DNA of 64,000 nucleotides from Pirellulales bacterium (GCA_013360685.1 JABWBD010000003.1:91-64090); one strand, 5' to 3'. Positions 10,012 to 21,201 are shown, counted from the first letter of the stretch. The notes: generated by a model not told the origin, from the sequence alone. Program-made: numbers and translations.

Positions 10012-10361
10012 CAAGAGTAGCACCGGCAAAGTGCAGCGGCTTGTTCTGGCTCCTCGTCGTGCTTGTGCTCAGCGGAGCAGTGCTCGTGCTCGTAATCGAT
10101 GGCGGCCACTTGGCCGGCCTGCGGTTCGGCGTCGGTCGCGGGTTTCATCGTCATCCGAGTGAGCATCGAGACGATTCGGTGAAGCTTCCGCGTCAAAACC
10201 ACGCTCGGCCAGAATATCCCCACCGTGCCAAGTCCCGACCCTCACGTTGCCACGGACCCCGAATCCGGAACCCCACCCCCCAACCACCTGCTTGCTTGCA
10301 TCGCACTCTGCCGGCGAGTACAAGAAGGATGGCTCCCCAAAGTTCCAATCGGAGAATTCCC

Positions 10362-13300
10362 ATGAGCAGACTCCACCTGGCAGCGTTGGCCGCCATCGTG
10401 TTCGCGGCTTTGCTGGCCTCTGGCGCCATTGCCCAAATCCAGCTTGCCACCGACGCGCCCAAACCGCTTTCGCCTGAAGAAAGCCTCAAGCACTTTCGCC
10501 TTCCGGACGGCTTTCACATGGAACTGGTTGCTGCCGAGCCCCATATCGCCGATCCCGTGGCCATGGCCTTCGACGCGAAAGGACGGCTCTTCGTCTGCGA
10601 AATCCACGGCTATAACCTCGAAGGCTATCTGGATGTTCTCGAACTGAACAAGACGGGGCAGCTCGATACGGCCGTCCGCCGCATCCCGGCCAACGAAAAA
10701 GCCTGTAAGATGGCCGAACAGGAGCAGTACGGAACCGTCAAGCTCCTCGAAGATTCCAACGGCGACGGGCAAATCGACCGCGATACGGTCTGGGCCGACC
10801 GCTTGCCGCCGGCCTACGGCGTCGTGCCGGCTCGCGACGGAGTGATCGTCCTCTGCGCTCCGGATATCCTCTACCTGGCCGACCGCGACGGCGACGGCCT
10901 CGCCGACACCCGCGAGGTCCTCTTCACCGGCTTCGGCGCCTATGACATGTGGTCGCGGATCAACAACCCGCGATGGGGCGTCGACAATTGGATCTACGCC
11001 GTCGGCGCGATCCAGAGCGGCGGGACGATCCGGGGGCCGCACATGCCGGGCGAGGTCCACATCGGCGCAGTCTGCTTCCGCTTCAAACCGGATGGGAGCC
11101 GCCTCGAGCCGTGCTCGGGCAATACGAGCGGATTCGGCCAGGCGCTGGACGACTGGGGCGACCGCTTCCTGGTGACCAACCAGCAGCACGCTCTCTTCGT
11201 CGCTCCGCTGCCGCACCGATACCTCGCCAGGAACCCCCACTACGCAGCCCCGAGCCCGGTCGTCAACATCTCCACCTACGGCCATCCGGCCCCCGTCTAT
11301 CCGATCAGCCGGCCCGACCCGTGGCGGCTTGCGCGGAGCAAGGACCCGGCGTGGGTGAAGTTCTATGGCGAGGCGGAGGCGACGGCGAACGGCTTCTTCA
11401 CCGCGGCCAGCGGCCAGGTGATCTACACCGCCGACGCCTTCGCGCCGGAATTCCGCGGCAACCATTTCAGCGTGGACAACGCTCAGAACCTCGTGCACCG
11501 CTGCCTGCTGGAGCCCGACGGGCTGAGCTACCAGGTCCGGCGCCCCCGCGCCGACGAGCGGACCGAGTTTCTTTTGTCCGATGAGCAGTGGTTCCGGCCC
11601 GTTAATCTTGTGGTCGGTCCGGACGCAGCGCTCTATGTGGTCGACATGTACCGCGATATCATCGAGGACTACTCGGCCATCCCGCGTTTCCTGCAGCAGC
11701 TTTACGTCGAGTCGATCATCGCGGGCAGCGACAAAGGGCGGATTTGGCGCGTGGTCGCCGGCGGCTCGCCCCGGCAGCCCAGGTTCAACCTGGCGGCCTG
11801 TTCAAGCGCCCAACTTGTCGGCGAACTCTCCCGCCGCAATGCCTGGTGGCGCGAGACGGCACAGCGGTTGCTGGTCGAACGGGGCGACCGCTCGGTTGTG
11901 CCCGTTCTCGAATCGCTGGCCCGCGAAGGTGCGACGCCGCAGATGCGGCTCCATGCGATCTACACGATCGAGGGGCTCGGCGCGCTGACGCCGGAGACCG
12001 TCCAGCGTGTCCTTCGCGATCCGCACTTCGCCCTCCGCATGCACGCCTTGGCCTTGGCCGAGCCGTGGCTGGACAAGCGTGCGGCGCTGGCCGAGCAAGT
12101 CCTTGGAATGACCGGCGACGAACACCCGCGCGTCCGACTGCAACTGGCATTCACCCTGGGCGAGTTGGACGACCAGCGCGCCGCCGCGGCGCTTGCGCAA
12201 CTCGCCTCGCGCGACGGCGAACACCCCTGGATGCAAGCGGCCATACTTAGCTCCGTCGCCGAATCGGCCGCGCGGCTCGCGGCCGAAATCCTGGGGCGCA
12301 AGGAGGATGTCGGGCAGTCCTTCGCTCTCTTGCGCCCGCTGGGATCGATCGTCGGCTCGCGCCGCGACCAGCCGGAAATCGCCTCGCTCTTGGCCGCACT
12401 CGCCGACATCCAGGACGAAAACCTTGCCGATGCCCAGGCTTCCTGCCTGGACGGCCTGACGCAAGCCGTCAAGCAGGGCAAAATGGAAACACTTGCCTCG
12501 GTCGACGGCCAGAAGGCCCTGCGGCGGCTGCTGGTCCATCCTTCGGTGAAGGTCCGCCAGTCGGCCGTCCTTGCGGCCGGCCTGCTCAAGCTCCAGGATT
12601 CCCCCGAGATGAAAAACGCCGTCGCTTCCGCCAAGGAGATAGCCCTGGACGGCAGCCGGCCCAACGCGGACCGCCAGGCGGCGATCGGGCTGCTGACCAT
12701 TGCGCCCTACGAGGAACTCGTATCGACCGCCGAAGAACTCCTCGATGCCCGGCAACCGCTCGACGTCCAATTGGCGGCGGTCGCCGCCCTAGCGTCGTCC
12801 GACAACCCGGGCGTCAGCGAAGTCCTTTTGGCCGCATGGCCAAGCCACACGCCCAAGGTCCAGGCGGCCGTCATCGAGGCAATCTTCAGCCGCAAGAACC
12901 GGCTGCCGGGCCTGCTCGACGCCATCGCGGCCGGCCTGGTCCAACCCGCTGCCCTCGACGCCAATCGCCGCACGCAGTTGCTCAAGGACGGCGGCGACGA
13001 GATCCGCCGGCGAGCCGAGAAGCTGTTGGCTTCAACCACGCGCGAGGACCGCCGGCAGGTGCTCGCGCGCTACCAGTCCGCGCTTGCCGGGCCCCGCGAT
13101 CCGGCTCGCGGCAAGACCGTCCACCAAGAGCAGTGCGCCAAGTGCCACAAGCTCGGCGATTCGGGCTTTGTTGTCGGCCCGGACCTCTCGGTCATCAAGA
13201 GCAAGACCGACGAAATGCTGCTCTCCGATGTGCTCGATCCGAGCAATCTTCTGACCGCCGGATACCAGAACTACACGGTGATCACCGAGGACGGGCGGAT

Positions 13301-14003
13301 CTTCACCGGCGTGCTGGCCGCGGAGACGGCCACCAGCGTCACGCTCCGCAAGGAAGAGGGCGTCGAGCAGACGATCCTCCGCAAGGACATCGACGAAATG
13401 GCGGCCTCGGCGATTTCCATGATGCCCGAGGACCTCGATCGCCAGGTGACCCCGCAAAACGTGGTCGACCTGATCGCCTATCTCCGCGAAGCCTTCGGGC
13501 CGCCATTGCCCGCCGTCGTAACGCTCTTCGACGACGACTCGGCCTTCACGGCCGTGCTCGGCGAAGGCCAGGGGACCGCCACGATCGATCCCGAGCATCC
13601 ACACTCCGGTGCGATTTCCCTGGCGATCACTCCGCCGCAGCGCTACGCGCTGCGCGTTCCCGGCTGGGAGTATCCGATCCGTGAAAACCCCGTCCCCGGC
13701 GAGTACCGCTACCTTCGTTTCGCCTGGAAATGCCGCGGCGGGGACGGCGTGATGATCGAACTGGCGGGCGGCGGCAATTGGCCGCCCGCCGACAAGCCGG
13801 TCTGGCGCTATTACAGCGGCCGGAACACGACCGGCTGGGCCGCCGTGGAGGTCTCGCCCCGGCAGCCCGGCGATTGGGTCGTCATCACGCGCGATCTCTG
13901 GAAGGACTTCGGCGATTTCACACTCACCGGCATCGCCCCGACCGCCATGGGCGGCAAAGTCTGGTTCGACAAGATCGAACTGCTGCGCAGCGCCGAGCCA
14001 TGA
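10362..14003 (+). CDS. PVC-type membrane-bound-dehydrogenase-domain / HEAT-repeat / CxxCH heme-binding protein
   Basis: ORF 9573..14003. ATG 10362 gives signal peptide MSRLHLAALAAIVFAALLASGAIAQ. FRLPDGFHMELVAAEPHIADPVAMAFDAKGRLFVCE is the dehydrogenase-domain N-terminal block. HEAT-like repeats occupy the centre. GKTVHQEQCAKCHKLGDSGFVVGPDLS is the Pirellula/Verrucomicrobium-type heme-binding domain. Confidence 0.8.
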   Translation: MSRLHLAALAAIVFAALLASGAIAQIQLATDAPKPLSPEESLKHFRLPDGFHMELVAAEPHIADPVAMAFDAKGRLFVCEIHGYNLEGYLDVLELNKTGQLDTAVRRIPANEKACKMAEQEQYGTVKLLEDSNGDGQIDRDTVWADRLPPAYGVVPARDGVIVLCAPDILYLADRDGDGLADTREVLFTGFGAYDMWSRINNPRWGVDNWIYAVGAIQSGGTIRGPHMPGEVHIGAVCFRFKPDGSRLEPCSGNTSGFGQALDDWGDRFLVTNQQHALFVAPLPHRYLARNPHYAAPSPVVNISTYGHPAPVYPISRPDPWRLARSKDPAWVKFYGEAEATANGFFTAASGQVIYTADAFAPEFRGNHFSVDNAQNLVHRCLLEPDGLSYQVRRPRADERTEFLLSDEQWFRPVNLVVGPDAALYVVDMYRDIIEDYSAIPRFLQQLYVESIIAGSDKGRIWRVVAGGSPRQPRFNLAACSSAQLVGELSRRNAWWRETAQRLLVERGDRSVVPVLESLAREGATPQMRLHAIYTIEGLGALTPETVQRVLRDPHFALRMHALALAEPWLDKRAALAEQVLGMTGDEHPRVRLQLAFTLGELDDQRAAAALAQLASRDGEHPWMQAAILSSVAESAARLAAEILGRKEDVGQSFALLRPLGSIVGSRRDQPEIASLLAALADIQDENLADAQASCLDGLTQAVKQGKMETLASVDGQKALRRLLVHPSVKVRQSAVLAAGLLKLQDSPEMKNAVASAKEIALDGSRPNADRQAAIGLLTIAPYEELVSTAEELLDARQPLDVQLAAVAALASSDNPGVSEVLLAAWPSHTPKVQAAVIEAIFSRKNRLPGLLDAIAAGLVQPAALDANRRTQLLKDGGDEIRRRAEKLLASTTREDRRQVLARYQSALAGPRDPARGKTVHQEQCAKCHKLGDSGFVVGPDLSVIKSKTDEMLLSDVLDPSNLLTAGYQNYTVITEDGRIFTGVLAAETATSVTLRKEEGVEQTILRKDIDEMAASAISMMPEDLDRQVTPQNVVDLIAYLREAFGPPLPAVVTLFDDDSAFTAVLGEGQGTATIDPEHPHSGAISLAITPPQRYALRVPGWEYPIRENPVPGEYRYLRFAWKCRGGDGVMIELAGGGNWPPADKPVWRYYSGRNTTGWAAVEVSPRQPGDWVVITRDLWKDFGDFTLTGIAPTAMGGKVWFDKIELLRSAEP

Positions 14004-14016
14004 AAGGCACGAACGC

Positions 14017-14070
14017 AACTCCCCTCTCCCGTTTCGCTCATAGGGGGAGGGGGTGAGGGCAGTCGGAGTT
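14017..14070. terminator. Composite hairpin between convergent genes (CCCCTCTCCC-type element)
   Basis: AACTCCCCTCTCCC ... GGGGGAGGGGG ... GGAGTT, sitting directly after stop 14003 and before the convergent stop at 14176. It shares an exact 17-mer (AGGGGGTGAGGGCAGTC, 14048-14064), in inverted orientation, with 45509-45525. Confidence 0.5.
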
Positions 14071-14175
14071 CTGCCAGGGCTCTTAACCAATCGGGCACTG
14101 GCTCCCGGCCATTCTCGAGACAATCTTGGAGAAGCGACAACCCAAGGTCGCCTGTCCCCGTCTTGCTCGCCGTCG

Positions 14176-15336
14176 TCAGACACTGACCATCGGTTCCGCT
14201 TCGCACGAAGGTTCCTGGTCCTCGTCGCGCGCGAGGCTGGTCGCGTCGCCGACGAATTCCAAAGGACCGTCGGCGCCGCGGCGGCTGCCCGGATAGAACA
14301 GTTCGACGGCCGCCAGGAACTGCGTCAGGTCGGGCGCCCTCTCCAACTCCGCGGCCTCCGACTGGAACTTGTCGCGGAGTTCATAGACAAGGTGCCGGCC
14401 CATCGGCCAGCGGACGCTCATGATGTCGTTGATTTCGTTGAGCAGTTGGTAGACGCGCGCCCGCGTCAGCCCCATGCTGCGCGCGGCCTGCCGGACGCTG
14501 GTGATCGGGCCGTGGATCCCCAGGCGGTTCTCGGCCAGGGTGGCGATCTGCTGGGTGGCGTCGATGCGGATCTGGTCCACCAGCGGCGCCACGAAATTGT
14601 CGTACAGGTCCTGGTTGCTCGGGATCCCCGGCGTCTGGAGCATCCGGCCGGTCCACGTGTCGACCTTGTCGATCAGCCGCGGGCAGATTCGCACAACCAG
14701 GTGGTCCATCCGACCCATGTTGCTCACCAGGGTGTGAACGCTGTAAAAGACCTCGAGGATCGCCTGGACCCGCTTTTCGCCGTGGGTCTTCATATAGCGG
14801 ATTTCCTGGAGGCTCAAGCCCGTGTACGCCTCCAGAGGCGTGCTCCAGATGACGCGTGTCATGTTCTGGAGGCTGGGGGCGAACCGGCCCAGCACCTCTT
14901 TGCCCAGACCGTGGCGGATCACGCTCGCGCGCCATTGGCTCCAGACCACCTCCGACACGCTCGCCGGATCGAAGCCGTTCGATGCCGGCCCGGCCGGCGC
15001 CCCGGTTTTGTCTTTCTCAGGCGCCGCGGCGAGTTCGACCGGCAACTCCGAAGGATCGGTGTTTGCGACGCGGGAAAGCAGCTTCACGAAGGAACGGATC
15101 TTCTTCTGTCCGATGCCGGGCGTGGCAGCCAGATCCACGAAAGGTGTGTTCAACAGGTCGCCCAGCGTGCGGCCCAACAGCGCCAGCGGCAACCGGCGGT
15201 CGGTCGGCAGCGCCCAATAGGCCAAAGGCTTTTCGAGGTGCTGCGAATACGTATCGGCGAGCAACAACCGACGAAGGCTCTCGAAACGACTGACTACCTG
15301 GAGTTCTTCAACCGATGTTGTCTTCGCTGGCTTCAT
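14176..15336 (-). CDS. Conserved hypothetical protein with helix-hairpin-helix-like and sigma-70 region-4-like HTH motifs
   Basis: Strong RBS (GAGGAGGAG) before ATG 15336. ATPGIGQKKIRSFVKLL is HhH-like. SVRQAARSMGLTRARVYQLLNEI resembles a sigma region 4 HTH. No enzymatic motif was recognised. Confidence 0.6.
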   Translation of the reverse strand: MKPAKTTSVEELQVVSRFESLRRLLLADTYSQHLEKPLAYWALPTDRRLPLALLGRTLGDLLNTPFVDLAATPGIGQKKIRSFVKLLSRVANTDPSELPVELAAAPEKDKTGAPAGPASNGFDPASVSEVVWSQWRASVIRHGLGKEVLGRFAPSLQNMTRVIWSTPLEAYTGLSLQEIRYMKTHGEKRVQAILEVFYSVHTLVSNMGRMDHLVVRICPRLIDKVDTWTGRMLQTPGIPSNQDLYDNFVAPLVDQIRIDATQQIATLAENRLGIHGPITSVRQAARSMGLTRARVYQLLNEINDIMSVRWPMGRHLVYELRDKFQSEAAELERAPDLTQFLAAVELFYPGSRRGADGPLEFVGDATSLARDEDQEPSCEAEPMVSV

Positions 15337-15637
15337 AGTTCTCCTCCTCGGTTGTCCTCACCGGACGCAAACCTTCCCCCGGACAGGACCCGCAAGTCGG
15401 CATAGGTGGATCTTCGACGGTGGATTCGGCGGGCCCTGGGTTGTTGTTGGGCGGGAATTCGGCACGCGGCCCGCCGCTTGCCTTCGACGGCCGGCGTGCT
15501 CAAACCTGGCGGGTGGGCTGCACGGCTACGCCCCTGCCGTCAAGAACTCTTGGAGCAGTCGCGATGCATTGCCGGGTGCAATTTTCCCACGCGGGGGGGC
15601 CGTCTGTCAAGATACTTTATAGTCTTTTCTGGGGAAA

Positions 15638-16066
15638 ATGCTGCAACTTGTTCGCGGAACATCAGCCAGGGAATCCCTGGAAATTGGGAGCTTTGCGGCC
15701 AGATTGCGTCCCCGATCTTCGACGTTCCACCCAAACCTAATTGGACAATTTTGCGGAAAATCCCGAGATTCCCGCCCGGAAATCGGGTTTCACTCCCCAA
15801 TCAACCGCATCCAGCGGCTTCCGCGCCCCGTGCTTCTCGTTCACGCCCTTGACGATACGAATGTTCCCGTCGGGGAGTCCCAGGACTTCGCGGAGGCCCT
15901 GCGACAACTCGGCCGAGATGTCACCCTCGAGACGGTTCTTGCCGGAGGCCACGACCAATCGATGATCGACAAAGGAATTCCCAGCACAATCCCGTGGTTC
16001 CAAACGCGCGAACCTGTTGTCAATCCGAGTGCAGCGATCATAATGGGCGGGAAACGCCTCGAATGA
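15638..16066 (+). pseudogene. Truncated alpha/beta-hydrolase (S9/dienelactone-hydrolase-like) C-terminal remnant
   Basis: PRPVLLVHALDDTNVPVGESQDFAEALRQLGRDVTLETVLAGGHDQSM carries the catalytic Asp and His segments only. A nucleophile-elbow-like GGNSARG occurs upstream in a different frame (ORF 15420..15740). There is no room for the N-terminal half before the divergent gene at 15336. Confidence 0.4.
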
Positions 16067-16101
16067 GGTCCACCCTCGATCCATGCCGCCAGGAGGAAAT
16101 C

Positions 16102-17283
16102 ATGCAAGAAACAAGGCTCCCTCTGAGGTTCGTCCTGCTGCTCTCGTTGCTGATGGCCGCTCCACAGACTGCTTTTCCAGAGGAGCTGCCTCTTCTGCCC
16201 GGACCAGTCCGGCTGGTGTTGCCCCCGGTGATCTACGCCGTGCCGGGCGTGGAAATGAACGTCTATTTCGACAACGTCGTGCTCGTCGTGGATCCGAACG
16301 ACTATGTCTTCGATGTTGCCTGTTCGCGCGGAATCCACCAGTCGGAGCGATGGACCTACACCCCCTCCGCGGACGACGTGGGCAGCCATCCCCTGATGAT
16401 CGAAGTTCGCGACGGTCAGAACCAGGTCATCGCGAGAGCGACGACGAAGATCGAGGTGGTTCCCGCCGATGCAGGCGGCAACCGGCCCGTCTCGGCTCTG
16501 TTGATCGGCGACAGCCTCACCAATGCCTCGGTCTATTCGCAGCACCTCCTGGATCTCTGCAAGCAGCCGGGCAATCCCCAATTGACGCTCATCGGTTCGT
16601 ACAATCCTGAAGGGCAGGCGCCGGAAAACCGCCACGAAGGCTATGGCGGCTGGACGGCGCTTCGATTCGCCACGCACTACACCGGCGTTGCACGCCAGGG
16701 CGACTCGCGAAAACGAGGCAGCCCTTTCCTCTATGAGAACGCCGACGGCAGCAAGAAGCTCGATTTTGCCAGGTACCTCAAGGACATCGGGGCGGAAAAG
16801 TCGCCCGACTTCGTCACGATCTTCCTGGGCCCGAACGACATCTTCCCGGCCACGGACGAAACGCTCGAAGAGACCTTGGATACCATGCTGGCCAACTACG
16901 ATCTGCTCCTGGCGATGGTCCGCGGGGTATCGGCGGAGACCCGCCTGGGCGTCATGCTGCCGGCGCCGGCGGCCGCCACCCAGGACGCCTTCGGCGCCAA
17001 CTACAAGACCGGGCAGACCCGCTGGCAATACAAGCGGAACCAGCACCGGCTGGTGGAACGGATGCTCGAGCGTTACGGCGCCCGGGAATCGGAAGGCATT
17101 TATCTCGTGCCGACCGAGGTCAATCTCGACAGCCTGCACAACTATCCCACGGCATCCGGAAAGTGGAACGTCCGCGCGGAAACCGAGGCCGCCCGCCTCA
17201 ACAACGGCGTGCACCCCGCTGCCTCCGGCTATCGGCAGATCGGCGACACACTCTACTGCTGGATGAAGGCCATGCTCCGCTAA
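16102..17283 (+). CDS. SGNH/GDSL-family hydrolase, secreted
   Basis: ORF 15994..17283. AGGAGG RBS and ATG 16102 give signal peptide MQETRLPLRFVLLLSLLMAAPQTAF. LLIGDSLTNASVY is the GDSL block I. A late GVHPAASGY block is consistent with block V. Confidence 0.75.
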   Translation: MQETRLPLRFVLLLSLLMAAPQTAFPEELPLLPGPVRLVLPPVIYAVPGVEMNVYFDNVVLVVDPNDYVFDVACSRGIHQSERWTYTPSADDVGSHPLMIEVRDGQNQVIARATTKIEVVPADAGGNRPVSALLIGDSLTNASVYSQHLLDLCKQPGNPQLTLIGSYNPEGQAPENRHEGYGGWTALRFATHYTGVARQGDSRKRGSPFLYENADGSKKLDFARYLKDIGAEKSPDFVTIFLGPNDIFPATDETLEETLDTMLANYDLLLAMVRGVSAETRLGVMLPAPAAATQDAFGANYKTGQTRWQYKRNQHRLVERMLERYGARESEGIYLVPTEVNLDSLHNYPTASGKWNVRAETEAARLNNGVHPAASGYRQIGDTLYCWMKAMLR

Positions 17284-17311
17284 CGATCAACACGTCACGG
17301 GAGGTTCGACC

Positions 17312-18973
17312 ATGCCCTACCGATTCCAACTCCACTGCCGGCAATTGGTCCGCCCGATTGCCTTCGTATCCGTTCTGGTTTGCTGGACGGTTGCTTTCTT
17401 GCATGCCGCCGAGGACGACGTCCGCGCTCGCCTGGAAAGCCTGCCGCAACCCTGGAAAGAGAAAGTGCATCGGGTGACCCTGCAGGAATACGAACAGACG
17501 CTGCGGTTCTGGTCTGAGAAACATCCGGCCATTCTCGCGGTCGAGAAAGTCGGGAATTCCGTCAAGGGATTGGGGATCTATCTGCTTGCAATCACCGACA
17601 AGTCCGTTGCCGATACCGACAAGCAGATCGCCCTGGTTCCGAGCCTGCACGGCGGGCCAGAACGTTCGGGAACGAGCACGGCGATGCACCTGGTCGAGTG
17701 GCTGCTGGGCGATTCACCCGAGGCCGCGGAAACCCGCCGCAAGCAGATCGTACTCGTGATGCCGGTGCCGAACCCCGAGTCGTACTTCGAGACCGACCGG
17801 TTCGGCAATGCCAACGGCATCGATCCCTACACGGGCGGCGGCGCTGCGAACTGGGACCTGGCGACGTTGACCTACAAACTGCTCGACAAAGCGCCGGAGA
17901 TCAAGGCTTTCCTGGAGGTGGTCGATCGCTATCAGCCGGAAGTGATCGCGGACCTGCACGGAATCGGGCTTCAGGAGTATGCCGCCGACCGCCTGGCCGA
18001 CCGCCGGATGTACCAGGGGCAGACCATGTTTGAAGTCACGGCTTCCGCGTATTCCAACTACACGCTGCGGCCCTGGGATTGGCGCGTGATCGAGGCAATG
18101 GTAGCGGCGGGCTGCGAGGCAGGATACCCCTCGGACCGTTTCGAGGCCGATGCCCAGCAGTCGTTCGGCGGCCCGGCTCTTCAACCCATCGCCGATCGCC
18201 TCTGGCGCGGCGCGCCCAACTTCTATACCGCCCAGTACGCCTACGTGAAGTACCACACCATGGTGAGCGCCTTCGAAATCGGCTGGGAAGCGAGCGGCGT
18301 TGCCCGGATCCGGGGTCTGCTCAAGATCGGCAACAACGTCTGGGACTCCGAGGGCGTGCCCGGCTACCCGGTCAATCGCGTGGACGCCTTCGTAGGCCAC
18401 TTCCTCACTTCCTACGGGCAAACCGCTCACGAGCGGCGGCGAAGCCGCGCGGAACTCTGGCAGCAACAGGGCCGCTTTTCGCAGGCGATGCTGTATCCTC
18501 AGACCGATGGCCGCGAGAGCTACGTGGTGGCGCTGACCGACGAAGCAGTCCAACGGCTCGAAAGCGACAAGAGCAAATTCCTCGAAAACCTGCAAGGCCG
18601 GCCGGGATTCAACGTCGACGCGATTCGGGCTTTCTTCGACATCGGGCCGGAGGACAAGCTCTACGTCGAACGCGGCCCGGGATCGAGCGCTTCACCTCAC
18701 GCGATCGAGCACGGCCTGGGCATGCGGCTGCGCATTCCCTACCGAAATCCGGAATTGGTCGAGTTCCGGCTGAACGGGCAGCCGTTGTCCGAAAGCCCGA
18801 CCGACGGCTACCAGCGATGGTTCGCCGACGGTTCCACGCAGGTGCAGATCCATATTCCGCCGGAAAAAGTCCAATCGGCCGGGCTGTTCGTCGTCACATG
18901 CGCGTACCGGCCCGACATCCAGCGGTCCAACGGCTGGACTCCGCCGCGGGAAGTGCTCGAGCGGGTTAAGTGA
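17312..18973 (+). CDS. M14-like zinc carboxypeptidase-family protein (putative), secreted
   Basis: GGGAGG RBS precedes the start. VPSLHGGPERSGTSTAMHLVEWLL resembles the HxxE zinc-ligand block (with a one-residue insertion). VIADLHGIG resembles the third His ligand block. Assignment is by motif only. Confidence 0.5.
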   Translation: MPYRFQLHCRQLVRPIAFVSVLVCWTVAFLHAAEDDVRARLESLPQPWKEKVHRVTLQEYEQTLRFWSEKHPAILAVEKVGNSVKGLGIYLLAITDKSVADTDKQIALVPSLHGGPERSGTSTAMHLVEWLLGDSPEAAETRRKQIVLVMPVPNPESYFETDRFGNANGIDPYTGGGAANWDLATLTYKLLDKAPEIKAFLEVVDRYQPEVIADLHGIGLQEYAADRLADRRMYQGQTMFEVTASAYSNYTLRPWDWRVIEAMVAAGCEAGYPSDRFEADAQQSFGGPALQPIADRLWRGAPNFYTAQYAYVKYHTMVSAFEIGWEASGVARIRGLLKIGNNVWDSEGVPGYPVNRVDAFVGHFLTSYGQTAHERRRSRAELWQQQGRFSQAMLYPQTDGRESYVVALTDEAVQRLESDKSKFLENLQGRPGFNVDAIRAFFDIGPEDKLYVERGPGSSASPHAIEHGLGMRLRIPYRNPELVEFRLNGQPLSESPTDGYQRWFADGSTQVQIHIPPEKVQSAGLFVVTCAYRPDIQRSNGWTPPREVLERVK

Positions 18974-18991
18974 ACCAGGCCGGCGGTGCTT

Positions 18992-20176
18992 TTACTTGTC
19001 GTCGAGGATCTCCACCGCTTCGAATTTCTCGCCCTCGAGCATCGAGAGGCTGGCGCCGCCGCCGGTGCTCACATGGCTGACCTTGTCGGCGAAGCCGAGT
19101 TGCTGGATGGCTGCCGCGCTGTCGCCGCCGCCGATGATGCTGGTGGCCTTGCTGTCGGCGATCGCCTTGGCAACGGCCTTGGTGCCCTCGTCGAAAGGCG
19201 GCATTTCGAACACGCCCATCGGTCCGTTCCAGACCACGGTCTTCGCGCCTCTCACCGCGTCGGCAAACTGCTTGGCGGTCTTCGGGCCGATGTCGAGGCC
19301 CTGCCAGCCGTCGGGAACTTTCCCGGTCTCGACCACCTGCTTGTTGGCATCGGCTTTGAAGGCATCGGCACAGTGCGTGTCGACCGGCATCGCGAGCTTG
19401 CTTCCGCCGGCGGCCAGGAGCTCTTTGGCCAGTTCCACCTTGTCTTTCTCGACCAGGCTATCGCCGACCTTGCCTCCCTGGGCAAGCGAGAATGTGTAGG
19501 CCATCGCGCCGCCGATAAGCACCTTGTCGCAGATGCCCAGCAGGTTCTTGATCACCGGGATCTTGTCCGATACCTTTGCCCCGCCGAGAATGGCGACGAA
19601 CGGCCGCTCGGGACTGGTGATGACATCGGAAAGGTACTGGATTTCCTTGGCCACCAGGAAACCGACGACCTTGGGCTTGCTGCCCATGGCCTTGGGCACG
19701 GCGACCATCGAGGCATCCGCGCGGTGGCAGGTGCCGAAGGCGTCGTTGCAGTAGACATCGGCCATGTCGGCCAGGGTCTTCGCGAACGTCGCATCGCCTT
19801 TCTTCTCGCCGGGGTGGAATCGAAGATTCTCGAGGACCAGCACCTCGCCCGGCCCGAGCCCGGCAGCTTTCTGCCTGGCATCGTCGCCGACGACGTCGGT
19901 GGCAAAGAGGACTTCCTTGCCCATGAGTTCGGCCAGCTTGTCGGCGGCCGGTTTCATGCTGTACTTGGGATCGGGCGCGTCCTTGGGACGTCCCAAGTGG
20001 CTCATAAGAATCAGCGAGCCGCCGCGCTGGAGCACGGAGTTGATGGAAGGCAGCGCCATGCGGATGCGGCGGTCGTCGGTGACGTTCTGTGCGTCATCCA
20101 GCGGCACGTTGAAATCGACCCGCATCAGGACCTTCTTGCCTTTGACGTCCACGTCTTGAATTGTCTTCTTGGCCAT
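18992..20176 (-). CDS. pgk: Phosphoglycerate kinase
   Basis: [27 protein letters not shown]..., full-length, with a typical Pgk N-terminus and the C-terminal [13 protein letters not shown] block. Confidence 0.95.
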   Translation of the reverse strand: MAKKTIQDVDVKGKKVLMRVDFNVPLDDAQNVTDDRRIRMALPSINSVLQRGGSLILMSHLGRPKDAPDPKYSMKPAADKLAELMGKEVLFATDVVGDDARQKAAGLGPGEVLVLENLRFHPGEKKGDATFAKTLADMADVYCNDAFGTCHRADASMVAVPKAMGSKPKVVGFLVAKEIQYLSDVITSPERPFVAILGGAKVSDKIPVIKNLLGICDKVLIGGAMAYTFSLAQGGKVGDSLVEKDKVELAKELLAAGGSKLAMPVDTHCADAFKADANKQVVETGKVPDGWQGLDIGPKTAKQFADAVRGAKTVVWNGPMGVFEMPPFDEGTKAVAKAIADSKATSIIGGGDSAAAIQQLGFADKVSHVSTGGGASLSMLEGEKFEAVEILDDK

Positions 20177-20327
20177 GTCGGTTCGCTCTCCTGCGATACG
20201 AAAGGGTGAGTCTGAACCACTGAGTGTACCGTGAGGCGGTCGAAGCGGGAAGTACCACCGCGAAGGGGGCAGGGCCGGGAAACGCGGTGCAACCAGCCCG
20301 GAAAAGCGGGAGCGGCAGTGCCGCGCG

Positions 20328-21062
20328 TCAGGTTGCCACCTCGAGGATCTGGAACTTCACGCCGCGCATCGGTGCGCCGCTGTTATGGAAGACGATGCCG
20401 CAGTATTCATATCCGATCAGGCTTTGATGCGTATGGCCGAAGTAGACGTTCTTCACACCGGCGCCAGGGCCCTGCCCGATGGATTCCAGATACGCGGAAA
20501 TCCGCTTTGCCACCAGCCGTTTTCGATAGCGGAAATAAGGAAACGGGCGGTGCAGGTGGGTGACCACGACCAGGTCGTAGAGCCGGCTCAGGAGCAGGCC
20601 CCGTTGTTTACGGTGCAGCCAGCGCGACCGCGCGTGGGTAAGCATCTCCTCGCTCATCACCCGGTCGGCCACGTCGCCGTGCAAGAACACACTGCTTCCC
20701 AGGCGGAAATAGTACGGGTACCAGGAAAGGTTGGGAATTGCGTTCTCCAGACTCACGAGCCGATCGATGAACTCCTGGTGGAAATCGTGATTGCCCAACA
20801 GCAGATGGAATCGGCACTCACCGCGCCGCGCCGCCAGTTCGGCGAGCCAACGGATCGCGTCGTCCACGGCATGATGGATCGTCCGGGCCTGCGACCAGCG
20901 GAAATCGAAGATGTCGCCGCCCAAAATGAAGTGCTCCGCTTGTGAGGCGGCCTGGGCAATCCTCTCGAAATGGCGGTCGGCCTGCGAGCGGCGCGCAAAT
21001 AGGTGCAGGTCGGATACGAAATAGGTTTTCCCGCCGTGTCGGACCGCGGTCTTTTCCGGCAT
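20328..21062 (-). CDS. Calcineurin-like metallophosphoesterase (LpxH-like fold)
   Basis: ORF 20328..21092. Blocks [27 protein letters not shown] and GHTH are present. ATG 21062 is preferred, ATG 21092 is possible. Confidence 0.8.
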   Translation of the reverse strand: MPEKTAVRHGGKTYFVSDLHLFARRSQADRHFERIAQAASQAEHFILGGDIFDFRWSQARTIHHAVDDAIRWLAELAARRGECRFHLLLGNHDFHQEFIDRLVSLENAIPNLSWYPYYFRLGSSVFLHGDVADRVMSEEMLTHARSRWLHRKQRGLLLSRLYDLVVVTHLHRPFPYFRYRKRLVAKRISAYLESIGQGPGAGVKNVYFGHTHQSLIGYEYCGIVFHNSGAPMRGVKFQILEVAT

Positions 21063-21201
21063 GTTCACGATTCCGAGTGTTCGACAGGGCAAAGCGGCGC
21101 CCGTTGGATGCCGCCTTTACCCGCTAAGTCGCTGTTTGAGAATAACTTGGCCGTTTGTCAGATACTGGAAGTTGGGAGTTGAAATGGCGAAGCGGCGGCG
21201 A

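Noticed and set aside
9573-10361. N-terminal 263-codon extension of the 1476-aa ORF.
   Set aside because: The extension overlaps the MT-A70 gene on the other strand and is low-complexity. A canonical signal peptide begins at ATG 10362.
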